DNA of 64,000 nt from Perkinsus chesapeaki ATCC PRA-425 (GCA_013115145.1 JAAPAO010000062.1:32577-96576); one strand, 5' to 3'. Positions 46,278 through 58,200 are shown, numbered from the stretch's first letter. Notes: generated by a model not told the origin, from the letters alone. Translations and numbers: made by a program.

Positions 46278-48930
46278 TGTTCATGCGTGTTGAAGCACTC
46301 CTGCACGCATGCGTTATATCTTGCCCCCCCCAACTGAATAACACCTTTACACTAGATTAGGCCATACGACACGCGCAACGAATTTGCCGTGACGATTCTA
46401 AAGAACTCTACCCCTCGGCAAGTCGTGACAGTTGTCGACTAACCTTCACGGTTGCTAGGCGTCTACCCTGTTACGGACTAAACGCTAAGGAGCTCCCTTG
46501 CATTCTTAAACAAAGGGTACACTGGAAGTGCATCCAGTTGGAGCGATTGCGTAAAGCAGTCTGGGATTCTCTCCATGCGGCACGGTCCTGCCGGCTTGGC
46601 CACCGCAACAACAATAACAACGTTCAAAGCCGCCGATCACTCTACACTGAGATAACAAAGTTTTTGCAAGCTCCACAGGACCATTACGTACAGTTCAATT
46701 GTAAAGAGGCAGGCAGTGGATGTCTCCGACGGTCAGATATTATCCCTTGTCAGTTTTTGTTATATGTCCAATTTTGGCTTCGGGTCCCAAGGTGTAAGCC
46801 AGTCCAGCGACTCTAATTCATTCTATGCCGGAAAGTAAATTCTCTCATATAGTCACCGTAACAATCAACTACTCAGAATTCTGGGCACCCCAATCAGAGT
46901 GAACTACTGGCTGGTTGCACTTTTCGGGTACCAAGTCCTCCAAGCTCTGGGCAGCGGTCAACCGACTCTGTACGCCGTCCTCTCGGCCGTCGGTAGCAGT
47001 GATATAGCTCTTGTTGTTCTTTGCATTTTTATACAGGCTTTCAAGTGATACTGCAACTTACTGTGCTTTGCCATGAGTTTGGCCATGGCACGATGGCACG
47101 GCATCTTGGAGGTAGCATAAGCTACATTCTGCTTTGGCCGTTCGGTGGTAAGCAAGTCCCGACCTCGGGAGAATCTTAGCTTGCTGCGCGGATTTCAGGG
47201 ATTTGCTTCTCAAGCTATCCTCGACGAGGCACCGTTAAACAGAATTTATTGAAAGACTTGGAGGTTATCGGCTCTGCCGTTTCACTTTGAGATTTCGTGA
47301 GCGTTCAGGTCGTGGCCGCTGGGCCGTTCACGCACCTCTTCCAAGCTCCCTTCTGGTGCCTCCTCCTCTCCGCAGCTTCAGCACTGTTATTGCCACAGCA
47401 ACTCGCTGTGTAAGCTACCCTTGCCAATAGCAGCCACCTCGAGGCCGACAGGGAAAATTCGAGGAGGGCTTTCGGGGACATCCAATCAAGCTTCCCAGGA
47501 TGGCCTTGATCAGGTACATGCCGAGCGTGTGGGAATTCCTCAATCCTCTCGGGCATGCCTCGGTGCCAGTGAACCCACAGCTGATGCCCTGGGCTAGCAT
47601 ACTGGTCAGTAACAGCCGCTACTAGTTCTCCAGATGGTTATCTTCCCCCCCTGCAGATTCTCGAGCTCTGTGCGATGGGCATTCAAATTAATGTCATGCT
47701 GTTGCTATTCAACCTCCTGTTCCCGATGTAACCGTAGATGGTGTGATTGTCGTTGGTAACCTTAAATCAGGTATCCCATGGACGCAGCGAAGATCCTAGT
47801 GTGTGTGCTGCAGCTTGGTTGCTGCTGTCCTGTGCGACGGACAGCCCGCATTCTTATAGGAGTCAGCGGGACGGCCGCCATCCTCTTTATCTTGAGGGGC
47901 ATTCTCGGCGGCCAGGGCGGGGTGTAGGGATTAGGTGGCGCATCGCTCCGCTAATGATATATATTTTTTAGGTTCGGTGGGATCGGTATTGTGATGGGTG
48001 GCATGTGCCTTGTCGAAGTGTACAAGATCTACACCCTAATGCAACAGCGTCAACTGCACACACATCCGCTATTCGAGAACGCTAGAAGTTGGGGACGTCA
48101 AGAGCGCGACCGTAGGAAATGTGGCCGTGTCATGTTAAGATTGCCATTTGCAGAATACGGTGTTGTGAACAGGATGAACGTAGCTTTTCGAGATGACGAC
48201 GATGATGACATTGAAAGTAGGAATGCATATTTGATTATCCGAGGCTCTCCCCTCAAATAGCCTCAATCGACACAGTTTCGGTTCGGTTGCCGAGAGGATC
48301 TTTGTTAAGGTGCTCGACGTCCCGCTACGGCGCCTGCCTTCCAGGGTGGTACCGGTACGACCGGCAATGAAGTAATCCCAACAGCGCCACCTCGAGCAGA
48401 TGTAGTGGAGGATCAACCGCAAGAGGCATGAGAGGCCAGTAAAATGCACAAAGGAATGGTCTGCTCCATCAGGTTGAAATCGCTACCGCTCCTCCTCCTC
48501 CTCCTCCTCCTCCCCAACGCGACAATGCAGCATTCCTGGACAGACTCGAGGCGAATAGGGAACACCAGAACAAAACTGTGAGACGTAAGTTGTTCTAACG
48601 AGCCGATGCTTTGGTGAATACTGTCGGATATATTAGAGTTGGAAGACGAACGACGTTTGCAGGGCGAGCGAGATCAGCGACGGGACGGGGCGAGCTGAAT
48701 GAAGATGCCATCTTAAAGAGTAGGCGACTGCTGCTCATCCGTTGCTTTTAACAATTATGCTGACTTGCGGTATTTGATGACAGTTTTGTACAGTGATTTG
48801 ATTTGCTAAATTGTAAACCGTCTTCTAGTCGCAAAGTGTTGGTGTTTTGCGCGCGGATTGTTATTTGCGCATGCGTGCATCAGGCCATTTGCCATTAGCT
48901 ATGCGTTGATTCGGACAGCTCAGTTGATAA

Positions 48931-49680
48931 ATGGTTTACGAAGCTCCTCATCTGAAGATCAAAGAGGGAAGTATCCATCCAGTGGTCTGTGCCGTCGGTG
49001 ACCCTGGTCGTGCTGAGCTTATCGCTACTAAGTATTGTGACTCTTGTGAAGAGCTGGCGTTCAATCGAGAGTATCGCACTTACAATGTGCATTACCAAGG
49101 TGCCGACTTCACCGTAGCATCCCACGGTATCGGCGGCCCAGGTTGTGCCATTTGCTTCGAGGAACTCATCAAATGTGGCGCTAAGGTTATTATGCGTCTT
49201 GGAACTTGTGGTTCGTTAAAGCCTGATGACATCAAGCAAGGTGATCTGATAGTCACTACTGGCTCTGCTGCTGAAGATGGTGTGTCGCAGTACCTAGTTC
49301 CCGCTGGGTTCCCTGCCGTGTCCGACCCCGCTTTATGTATCGCAATGAGAGACACTGCTCACGAGCTCGGATTCGAACGCTGCCATTTCGGTATCACTGT
49401 GGCGGCCGCGTGCTTCTATCCCAGCCCGGCCAAGGAAACAACTTTGCTGTCTCACGCCGCAGCCGGAGCTATCGGTGTTGAAATGGAGAACTCGGCCCTC
49501 TTCACGGTTGCCTCTATCAGAGGTATAAGAGCTGCTGCCATTGCCGCTGTGGACGGTTGCCCTCTCAGATGGGAAGAGGGAGATTATGATCCGCATGGTA
49601 CTGCGGTTAAGGAAGGTAAGCATCGAATGATACTTACTGGCATCACCGTTGCTAAAAGAGTTGTCCTCGAGAATCTTTGA
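48931..49680 (+). CDS. Purine nucleoside phosphorylase / uridine phosphorylase family, paralog 2, intronless
   Basis: Same motifs as 15047-15799 (VGDPGR, NREY, SHGIGG, RLGTCGSL, EMENS, VDGCPLRWEEGDYD). Confidence 0.92.
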   Translation: MVYEAPHLKIKEGSIHPVVCAVGDPGRAELIATKYCDSCEELAFNREYRTYNVHYQGADFTVASHGIGGPGCAICFEELIKCGAKVIMRLGTCGSLKPDDIKQGDLIVTTGSAAEDGVSQYLVPAGFPAVSDPALCIAMRDTAHELGFERCHFGITVAAACFYPSPAKETTLLSHAAAGAIGVEMENSALFTVASIRGIRAAAIAAVDGCPLRWEEGDYDPHGTAVKEGKHRMILTGITVAKRVVLENL

Positions 49681-49981
49681 GAACCCCACGATATATGATT
49701 AGATATTGACTGTATTAAGGCTTGTGCCTTATCCAACTTTCCAGCCCAAGCACGTTGTTGCGCATGAGTTCAGTCGACGTAGACTCCGGCGGCACTGTGA
49801 CTGTGTTGCGTGTTTCTCGTTCGTATAGACGAACACAAGGCGAGAAGGAAGTCAGTTGAGGCTTCTTTCTACTCAACTCGCTCTCGCAGGGGAATTGTCT
49901 GTGCACGCGTGTACAATGGAGAGGGCGGTAGCGCACAATAAATAACAGACTGACGAACACGACGCGACAATGTGTAGTAAG

Positions 49982-50771
49982 TCAACACCGCTTCGGCTGG
50001 TTGGATATGATATCAAAGCCGTCTGAATTGACTTCGCACAGCCAATGTTTTCGAGGCTTCACTTGGGGCCTACACGGCGTGAGATTCTCAGCTTTGAGAG
50101 CCGATGTCATGAACCTCGAGTTAATCTCGTAATTGGTCAAATATCTGAACGAGACAATTCGAGAATCGAGCTTCGACAGAAGTGTATCAGACCTTATCCG
50201 AGGGTCACTCGAATTCACTGGTTTATTGGGAACAATGTGTTCTAGGATGTTGTAGTCGGTGTACCCCTGCAAGGCCTGATTGATGCCGCCACGACTCTTC
50301 TTCATAGTTTGCCGTTGAATAACGCGCAACTTGTCATGCTGGCGAGCATCCCAATCTGAAGGGAGTTCATGGATTCGGAAGCACCGGCGATAACCCACCG
50401 TCGACAACAGGGAAATGCATTCCCCCCGCGCCGCTTGCTGACACCCATTTCAGCGTTGGTTCTCCGCTTGCTGTCGAGTAAGATCTCTGCAGGGTCCTCA
50501 TCGGCTCCAGTGGACTCTCGTAGTCATGCGCGAGTACCCGCAGCTAAAAAGAACCACTGTTTCTACATTTCTGCATGGAGTCCAATTCAGGTGCCCCAAT
50601 GAAGTTTGAGAACCAAGAAGCATTGCGCAGCTATGTCGACGAGATACAGCTTACTTTAGGTTCGGAACCATGGCGCGGTATATCGTCTACTTTTAGATAT
50701 TGCTTCCTGACGGGCAAGTCTCGGAGCCGGAAATGACGTGATGGAAGGCCAGCGACGGGATGCCGATGCAT
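49982..50771 (-). CDS. Hypothetical multi-exon protein
   Basis: MHRHPVAGLPSRHFRLRDLPVRKQYLKVDDIPRHGSEPK|...LRVLAHDYESPLEPMR...|WDARQHDKLRVIQRQ... with GT-AG boundaries; no family recognised. Confidence 0.4.
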
Positions 50772-50832
50772 GGTTGCGATGACAGTCCGAAACAGAAGTC
50801 AACAACTAAAAGAAAGCAAATGTACGCAGCAA

Positions 50833-50904
50833 AGGGCGCGCCCGGATTTGAACCGAGGACCTGCTGATCTGCAGTCAGCCGCTCTACCACTGAGCTACAC
50901 ACCC
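50833..50904 (-). tRNA. tRNA-Cys(GCA)
   Basis: GGGTGTGTAGCTCAGTGGTAGAGCGGCTGACTGCAGATCAGCAGGTCCTCGGTTCAAATCCGGGCGCGCCCT is a canonical cloverleaf. Confidence 0.95.
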
Positions 50905-52612
50905 ATACATGTAAACACATTGATACTTATCTTGTAGTTTTAATGTCCGAGCATGGTGAACTACAACCTGTATATACACCGCGCGTCAAATTATTATCAA
51001 CTCGTGTTTTTCAAGGGTTTAAGAACAACTAAGGAGTACTCATCAACGATTACCTCAAGGATATGTTCCCTAGTCAAAATAAGTATATCCTCCAAGTTTC
51101 AGAGCCAAACTCCTTGTCAGTAGTGAGTAATTGAAAAATATGTGCTAAATCGGTGCGACACATTCTTAGAAACCACAGCTTAAAAATGCACGCAACATTC
51201 TGGTTTTTGTTAGGTAAGTATATTAAAGCAGATCATTCAGACCTAATCACATAAACCATTGGAAAGCTCATGCTTTTTCAAGGGGCTTGAATCACGCCTT
51301 CCTGATGGTTTCGCCTCGAGCATTCCTGAGTCTTCGATAGTCAGCCAGCTCATAAGGAGCTAATGCTTGCTCTCTTGGACGCATTGATAGCTCCAATACT
51401 CCAGCTGCATCATTACGACCAAGCTTGGACGGTATAATGATTATACTATAATCCACTGGCCTCACTCCAAGCGTCCTTTGTTGGAGGACGTCGAGGGGAG
51501 AGCAATCAATGCTGCTCCACCTTGACGCCAGAATCGTATGGCTATGTAAACAATAGTTAATCAAATGCTGCTTCTCGGGCCTACAGCAATTGAATGGTAC
51601 CGTTGGTGGATCCAACAAAGGCTTATAAGGTTTTCACGACGTTGCCTGGCAGCAGCCAGGCCTTCCTAAGAACCACAGTTCATTGACCAACATACTGGCA
51701 TCTCCTCAACGCGTGCACTGTTGTTTATAATTAGTTAACCCCCAGGGTTACTTTTTACACGGTCACCTTTAGATGATTAAGCAACAGCAGCACCGCTCAG
51801 AGGTTTTTAGCCACCTACCGAAATTCCTATTAACCTTACGGCAAGCTGGATGACAGGGGGTTTCCAGCGTTGGCAGCGAAGGGACAATACGCTACGGAAA
51901 GCTGCCAACATAGAAGAGATCTGGGTTATTGAAGCTTAATGATATTTCTTATGATGACCAGAGCGAGTGCAGCATAATACACAGTGCAGGATAGTACTAC
52001 TAATTATTTGGGTTCTCCAAAGGACTACTGAGTGACAAAATCTGACAGATGAGAGTCTCGTTCTGCTGGAAATATAAAATATGATTTTGCATTATAGCAG
52101 GTTGTTTGTTATTATGCACCGCAGTAACGGGCGCTATTTTAAGGCGAGCGAGATTTAATACTGCGCTGTAGGCTTCAGCAGTTGGCCGTTGACACAGCGC
52201 ATGATGCTTAATGCTGCTTTGATACCTTTCGTGTGTCTAGTGTTCTGTAAGAAACTATGGTAGCTATCAGAGGTTGAGATTTAACTGACGCATAGACCGT
52301 ATTTGTCAGGTGTGTGCATGCGTGCAACTTCGTACCGCTCCACAGTTGAATCGGGTAAGTGTTGCCTTCGTTTGGTTGTTATTATCCCAGACAAGAAGAT
52401 ACTCGAGAAGTATCCCGACCTTGTGGTAGGAGAAGACTTCCTGTGAGCGCCTGGTGTGCACGGGGCGACTCAGAGGCGACAAGTCCGAGTTGCTCCCATG
52501 TAACGGTTTCGCGCTGAGGCGAATCTTGAGGTCAACTTTTGAACCTCTGCGAAATGTTGTTGCGTTTAGTCTGTTATTTTTAGTAATTGTAGTGTACACT
52601 GCTTCTCCCTCA

Positions 52613-55600
52613 ATGTCGGCTGCTATCCAGAGTACCCCACTAAGCGTTAGTCGACGTGCCTCCAACACCACCGTATATTATGAAGATTACAAACCATCGA
52701 CAGCCGGCGGCCATCAGTCCGGTTCCCTCTACCCTCCCCCAAAGCCCCCGTCTGGTCACGTTGCCAGTTTAACTGGTCACCATTCAACTCCGTCCAATGC
52801 TTCCGCTGCCATCTCCGAGCACCTATTCCATGGAGGTAGGCCCACGGGGAGTCGGTTGGTCCCTTCCCAGTCAGTGGTCCCTTGGCCAGGTTCGAGCACT
52901 ATGCCGGGCACCCCTAATATGAGTAGCAGTAACAACAGTTGTATAAGCCCATGCGTGCAAGCATCCCAGCTTCCTCAAGGCTCCACGGTAGAGTACTACA
53001 GCCAGTCTCTAGGTAACAGGCCAGATCTTGCTTCCGCTTTGAATGGTTCCGGATAAGGTCGCTGGATACCAGCCAAGGTCGTCTCTGTTATTCCCCCGGA
53101 TGACCCGCGGTCCGGTGGCAGCAAGGTGGGCCTTGTCCACCTGGACTGTAAGCCAATGGCCAGAGTCGAGCAGGTCCCCCCCGATCGTTCGGCATGTGCT
53201 CTCTACCTCCTGTTTGACAGGTTCGCTATGCTGGTCCCCCAGCTGGCATGCCTCACGTGTTCGGTCCAAGCTCAGCACCGCCGGCAAGCTTTGTCGATGT
53301 CAACGCGGCATTCTCGATGTTCAACTCCGCAGCGCCTCCGAGCTCCTTCATCCCAGGACCCTCGGTTGGTCCGCCGACTGTTAGAGTGATGCGTACCACC
53401 ACGCATCGAGGATCGGTCTCCTATGTGACCAAGACCACTAGTCGAACGTTCAAGCATCCGGGGAAGGCTGTCCAGCTGTAGGATGTCGACTTAGCAGTCT
53501 GTCAGTATCCTTGTTAGGATATCTGCCGATCCCAGCGGTAACGGCAAGCTCTTGCTTAACGCGGAGGCTTTGGAGCTCCTCGACGCCCTGGGCCATGACA
53601 AGCAAGTGAGCGTTGTGACTGTGGTGGGCACCTATAGGAGCGGAAAGAGCTACCTGCTCAACAGGCTCGTCAGAGGTAAGCCAGCAGCTCGGTGTGAGTG
53701 ATGGGCAGAACGGTGTCTCAGGTCCGAACGGCGCCACCGCGGCGGAGCTGCCGGCGAAGGAGAACAAGTTGTTGAGCAAACTACTAAAGCTGGGGAGGAA
53801 GAAGAACGATCCGGCCAATCGTCCGCCACCAGCGGTCTTCAAGACCGGCAATGAAGTTAATGCCTGCACTCAAGGGATATGGATGTACATTTGTGAAGAG
53901 GAGCTCGACGACAAGGTCGTTATCTTCCTGGACTGCGAGGGCCTCGGCTCGATTGACCGGGACAGAACGTATGACACAAGACTGATGGCGATGGCGTTGA
54001 TGATGAGCAGTGTGTTTATCTATAACTCAACGGTGAGTTAGATTGTCCCCTCATCGATTTGTGTGATTATCGATTGTTTTTAGGGTTGCCTGGACGAGAC
54101 GGCCTTCAATGGCCTTTCGCTAGTATGCGAGCTCGCCAAGCAGTTGATCGCGGAGTTCCAGTCCGAGTTTGGAGGATCAGTTCCGGGCGGAGTGCTCTCG
54201 ACGTCATTCCTCTGGGTCCTCAGAGACTTTGTATTGGCGTTGGAGAATGAAAGTAAGTGTTGGCGGAGCGGTTAGTGCAGTTGCTTGGCATCCGTCCGAC
54301 CCTGGTTCGAACCTCAGTCGGTGGTCATTGTCTCTTTCAGATGGTGACCCGATAAGCTCGTCGGAGTATCTTGAGAACACTTTGAGGTCGAGGGCGAGCA
54401 AAGATACTTCCAAGGCAATCTATGACTGCTTTATGGACAGGGATTGTGACACGTTGGTGAGGATCGAGAGAAGCAGCAGCACATTTCATCATTTATATAT
54501 TATTTTTATACCTCCACTTCCCCATTACATTTATATATTATTTTTATACCTCCACTTCCCCATTACATTTATATATTATTTTTATGTCTCCACTTCCTCA
54601 TTACATTTATATATTATTTTTATGCATCCACTTTATCAGGTTCAGCCTGCTGTAAACGAGGATGATCTCCAGAAGTTGGATACCCTGCCGGACTCCAAAC
54701 TCCGCAAGGAGTTCCTCAGCCAGATGGGAAGCCTTTGCGGCAAGATATGGCGCATGGCCGGGTCAAGACCGGTGACTATCAATAAGAGTGGTGGCGGCAC
54801 AGCCTTCACTCCGGCCGCTCTTTCGGCCTTCATTCGAAGAGTAAGTCGTTGAGCTTCGTGTGGCGGTTGGCAATGCTGTTTTAGTTGGCTGGCCATCTGT
54901 CGAACTCATCATCATTGTCCGGGTTCAGTCTGCCCTCGACATGGGTCCAAGTTCAGCACGAAGCGCTGTCCTCGTTGATCGAGAGTGAGTTGACATCGGC
55001 GCTGCTGCTGCTGCTGCTTCGGATTGGATTGGCTTTGGCTAGGTTTGAGCGCCGCCCATGGTGAAGAGGTGGAGGCTATGCTATCCGAGCTGCCGCTCTC
55101 TACTCGAGATTTGGACGACAGGCTGGCGGCTGCTATGAGGAGGATCGAGATCGAGTACAGGCGCAAGGCACTGGGTACGGGACGCGCGAGTTGCGAGTGG
55201 TATTGTCGTGTCAGGCGAGGAGACGGATCAGTTGTACCAGAGGTATCTGGACGAGCTCATTCAGTCGGCTAAAGCACAGGAGGGCAAGGTCTACCCGGCC
55301 AACGATGATAAGTAGGATAATGATGCATTTAGTTGGGCCACAGGGGTTTGATAGGGCTCGAGATTCGGCCGAGGAAGTCGCCAGCAAGCTTGTCGAGGAG
55401 ATCATGCCAGAGTTGGTCGCCGGATGGACTCCTAAGGATCTCGACACTGTCCTGTCCGAGTCGGCCAGACTGCTAACTGAGAAGCTACAGATCGTACTCG
55501 ATGAGATAATGTCAACGACGAAGGGGCCGAGGGGAGCCAGGCTTATGGTGGCCTCGAAGAGGGTAAGTGTGGACGGCAGTGAAAGGGTTATTCTACCACA

Positions 55601-56734
55601 TTTCCTTCAGATCATCGAGATAAGTGGACTGTTCGTGACAGAGTTGGATAAGAAAGCTGAAGGCCTGTTTAATGATGAGCGCATCACTAGGCACCAGAGA
55701 GACGAGGCTCTCGCTGGAATAGACAACCTCAAGAAGACCGCGCTATCGGTGAGCTGCTGTCGTCGCGGCTTCACCGACTGGGTCGTTATCAATGCGTCAG
55801 GATTTGACAGCGAAGGTGGCAGAGCTCGAGCAAGAGCTGGCCAGAAAGGAGAGGAGAGAGAGGGAGCTGATGGAGCAAATTGAAGGGAAGGATGATGAGA
55901 TGACCAGGATGGCTGACAGTGTTAGAAGTGAGGTGCTCGAGGTCGAGGTGTTGATGGAAATGATTTGGTTCAGCGACGGTGGATGCAAGGGAATCTCAGC
56001 TGAATGAGGACTGGCACGGGAAGATGGAGAATCTCGAGGTGCAAGTTGACAGGCTTATTCGAGAAAAGGAGGAGCTCGAGGACGCTCTGGCCAACACAGA
56101 GGAAAGAGTAAGGCTAGCTCAAGATGGACAGGTGGGCTGCTTGTTGGCGAATGGCCGCGGGTTCGATCCTCGATTGGGGTATTTTAGGCTGATTTCGAGT
56201 CTGACAAGAACAACGAGATCGACGTTCTGACGGAGACGCTGATCGAGAAGACCGGGTAGGTGGTGATTTGGAGTCTCGATTCGTAGGGGGTTGGGCTGGC
56301 AGGGAGATCGCCCGATTGAACGAGGAGCTGGAGAGGATGCAAGCAGATCTTGAGAACGCTGAGGCGGCCGCCAAGGAAGCCGAGCTTACGCTGTTCTCTA
56401 CGACCAGGGACATGGCCGCCGAGCACGACAAGCATATCGCTGAGTGGAGGGAGAGGGTGGCCCAGTTGCAGGGGGAGAACGGTGAGATAGAAGCGAGGCT
56501 TAGGGAGGAGATAGAGGGGAGAGAGAAGGCCATCAGGATTGTGTACGAAGAGAAGGCTGCGGCTACTGAGGTAGGCTGGAAAGGGTAGGTGACGGTAATA
56601 GTTGTTGTTGTGATTGGTAGGCGGCACACGAAGCAATGACGAAGCTGAGGGAAGAGATAAAGGAGTTGAAGGATAGAGTCGCAAGGGGCGGTGGGCAGCG
56701 GTCTAAGCGAAGATGCTTACCGTTCTGCCGTTAA
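52613..56734 (+). CDS. Guanylate-binding protein / atlastin-family large GTPase with low-complexity N-terminus, Tudor/SH3-like module and long C-terminal coiled coil; many introns
   Basis: VVTVVGTYRSGKSYLLN (P-loop), CTQGIWM, FLDCEGLG, SSVFIYNS, FLWVLRDF; coiled-coil exons run to ...RSKRRCLPFCR*. Confidence 0.88.
54253..54340 (+). pseudogene. tRNA-like relic with A and B boxes filling a GBP intron (sense)
   Basis: TGGCGGAGCGG (54261-54271) fits the A-box consensus TRGCNNAGYGG, and GGTTCGAACC starts 33 nt after its end, the spacing of a short-arm tRNA; stems are degenerate. Confidence 0.6.
54490..54632. repeat. 38-bp intronic minisatellite, about 3.7 copies
   Basis: Unit CATTTATATATTATTTTTATACCTCCACTTCCCCATTA starting at 54490, 54528, 54566 and 54604. 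Confidence 0.95.
56132..56187 (+). pseudogene. tRNA 3'-half relic in a GBP intron (sense)
   Basis: GGCCGCGGGTTCGATCCTCG closely resembles the variable loop + T-arm of tRNA-Ile-type tRNAs as recalled (GGTCGCGGGTTCGATCCCCG). Confidence 0.55.
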
Positions 56735-57649
56735 TTAAATATGGGGAGTATCTTGAGGTTGAGCATGCAAGATATAAAATAGGTCCAGTAGATGAGAAGA
56801 ATATTAGTATAAGTTGTATTACGAGTGAAGTTTATTATTATAAGGCTGCTGTTGTGATAATTATCCAAGTCTCATTCTACTACCACCACCACTGCCATCA
56901 TCATCACTTCATATTGTTTACTTTCATTTATGTCTCCTTGGTACCATTATGCAAGCTCATCCTGCTCATCCTCCTCCTCCTACTTGATCATCATCATCAT
57001 CATCATGAGTATGACGGTGGTCTCATAATCGATCATAACAATATTTGTCACTAAACATGTTCATCAAAGTGCCGCCTTTCTAGGACAACTCTCTACCACT
57101 GCTGATTGAGTTGAAGTGAATGATGAAGTCAATTAGGCGTCCGTCAATTTCAATGGCATTTCATAAAGTGCCGTTGCCTCTATTTCTGCTGGTACGGCTT
57201 GGTGCTGGTCACCAGCAGCTTCCTCTTTCAGTTCTGGCTGGTGTCGGCGCTCGTCGCTGGAGCCGAGGCGGCGGAGTGAGTACCTTACGAATTTGTGAGT
57301 GTGAGTATGATTTAGTGGTAGAAGGCAGCTGCCTGATATCGAAGACCTCGAGTTCGTTTCCCTCCACGGATACTTTTCTTTCCCCAAGGATGATCCTCGC
57401 AGCGGCCTCAACTACCTCGGCACCACCGCCACTCTCGTAGACCCCGGTGAGCGCAGAGAGCATCTCTTCATTCCAGTGAGCCTTCAGATTCGTCGGGGGT
57501 GTATGGCAGTCTTTTGATGCTCTACAACAAAGGAGAGGATAAGTTTGTTAGGGTAATCGTCGACACTCAGAGATTGCTGGATGACTATCAGAACGGAAAA
57601 ACTTGTAAAGGTTTCAATAAGACGGGAATAAGGAAATAAGCACTCAGGC

Positions 57650-58200
57650 ATGCCGAACGACTCGCGGCGATTCTATCGGGCAGTGGCGGAGACGAAAGTG
57701 GTGGGGTTCGCGGATCAGAAGTGGGATGAGCCTTGGGACCCGGAGGGACCGACGGGGAAGGCTGTCGAGTTGAAGATGCAAAATGACGATTTGTCGGAGT
57801 GCCACTTGGATGTGGGAGAACTGTCGACGCTGTTCCATGAGGATTCGACGGAGAAGGAGGGCTTCGCGTGGCTGGCGGGAGGTGGGTGGGGGAGTGTTGT
57901 GGGAAAGCATTCGTAAGCTTTGTAATATAGAGGCTGCAGGAGCAGCAGCTCGAATAGAACCAGGAGTGGTACTATGTAACTCATTGAATGTGCCGGCGAT
58001 TCTGCGAGAGTCCCTGAATGGTGGCCTTTGCGAATTGGACGAACTGTGTTGTTACTGCAAGCAAGGCAGTTATATCCCTTCATCGAGATAGTGCTCCAAA
58101 CTAGCGGATGGCGCCTCTCATCAAACGACCTACACCGGAGATCAACTTGCATCGGTCAAGTGTTCCTCGAGGGTCCTTAGGCGCTTGTATTGCGGTAAAA
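57650..58200 (+). CDS. Hypothetical protein exons
   Basis: ORF MPNDSRRFYRAVAETKVVGFADQKWDEPWDPEG...FAWLAG followed by a donor-like site and further short exons; unassigned. Confidence 0.3.

Noticed and set aside
47169-47182. Third copy of GAGAATCTTAGCTT (core of the RPL18A/FOP element)
   Set aside because: The match stops at 14 nt and falls in what looks like a minus-strand exon (DSLRSKSLKSAQQAKILPR); probably coincidental.
44900-48500. A minus-strand multi-exon gene that would make tRNA-Pro intronic as well
   Set aside because: Exon-like segments flank the tRNA, but I could not join them in a consistent frame, so the nesting is unproven.
51000-52300. Degenerate mobile element
   Set aside because: Only short ORFs without diagnostic motifs, terminal repeats or target-site duplications.
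56689-56712. GGTGGGCAGCGGTCTAAGCG resembling a tRNA-Leu/Ser D-loop
   Set aside because: It lies in the GBP terminal coding exon (GGGQRSKR) and has no downstream B-box.
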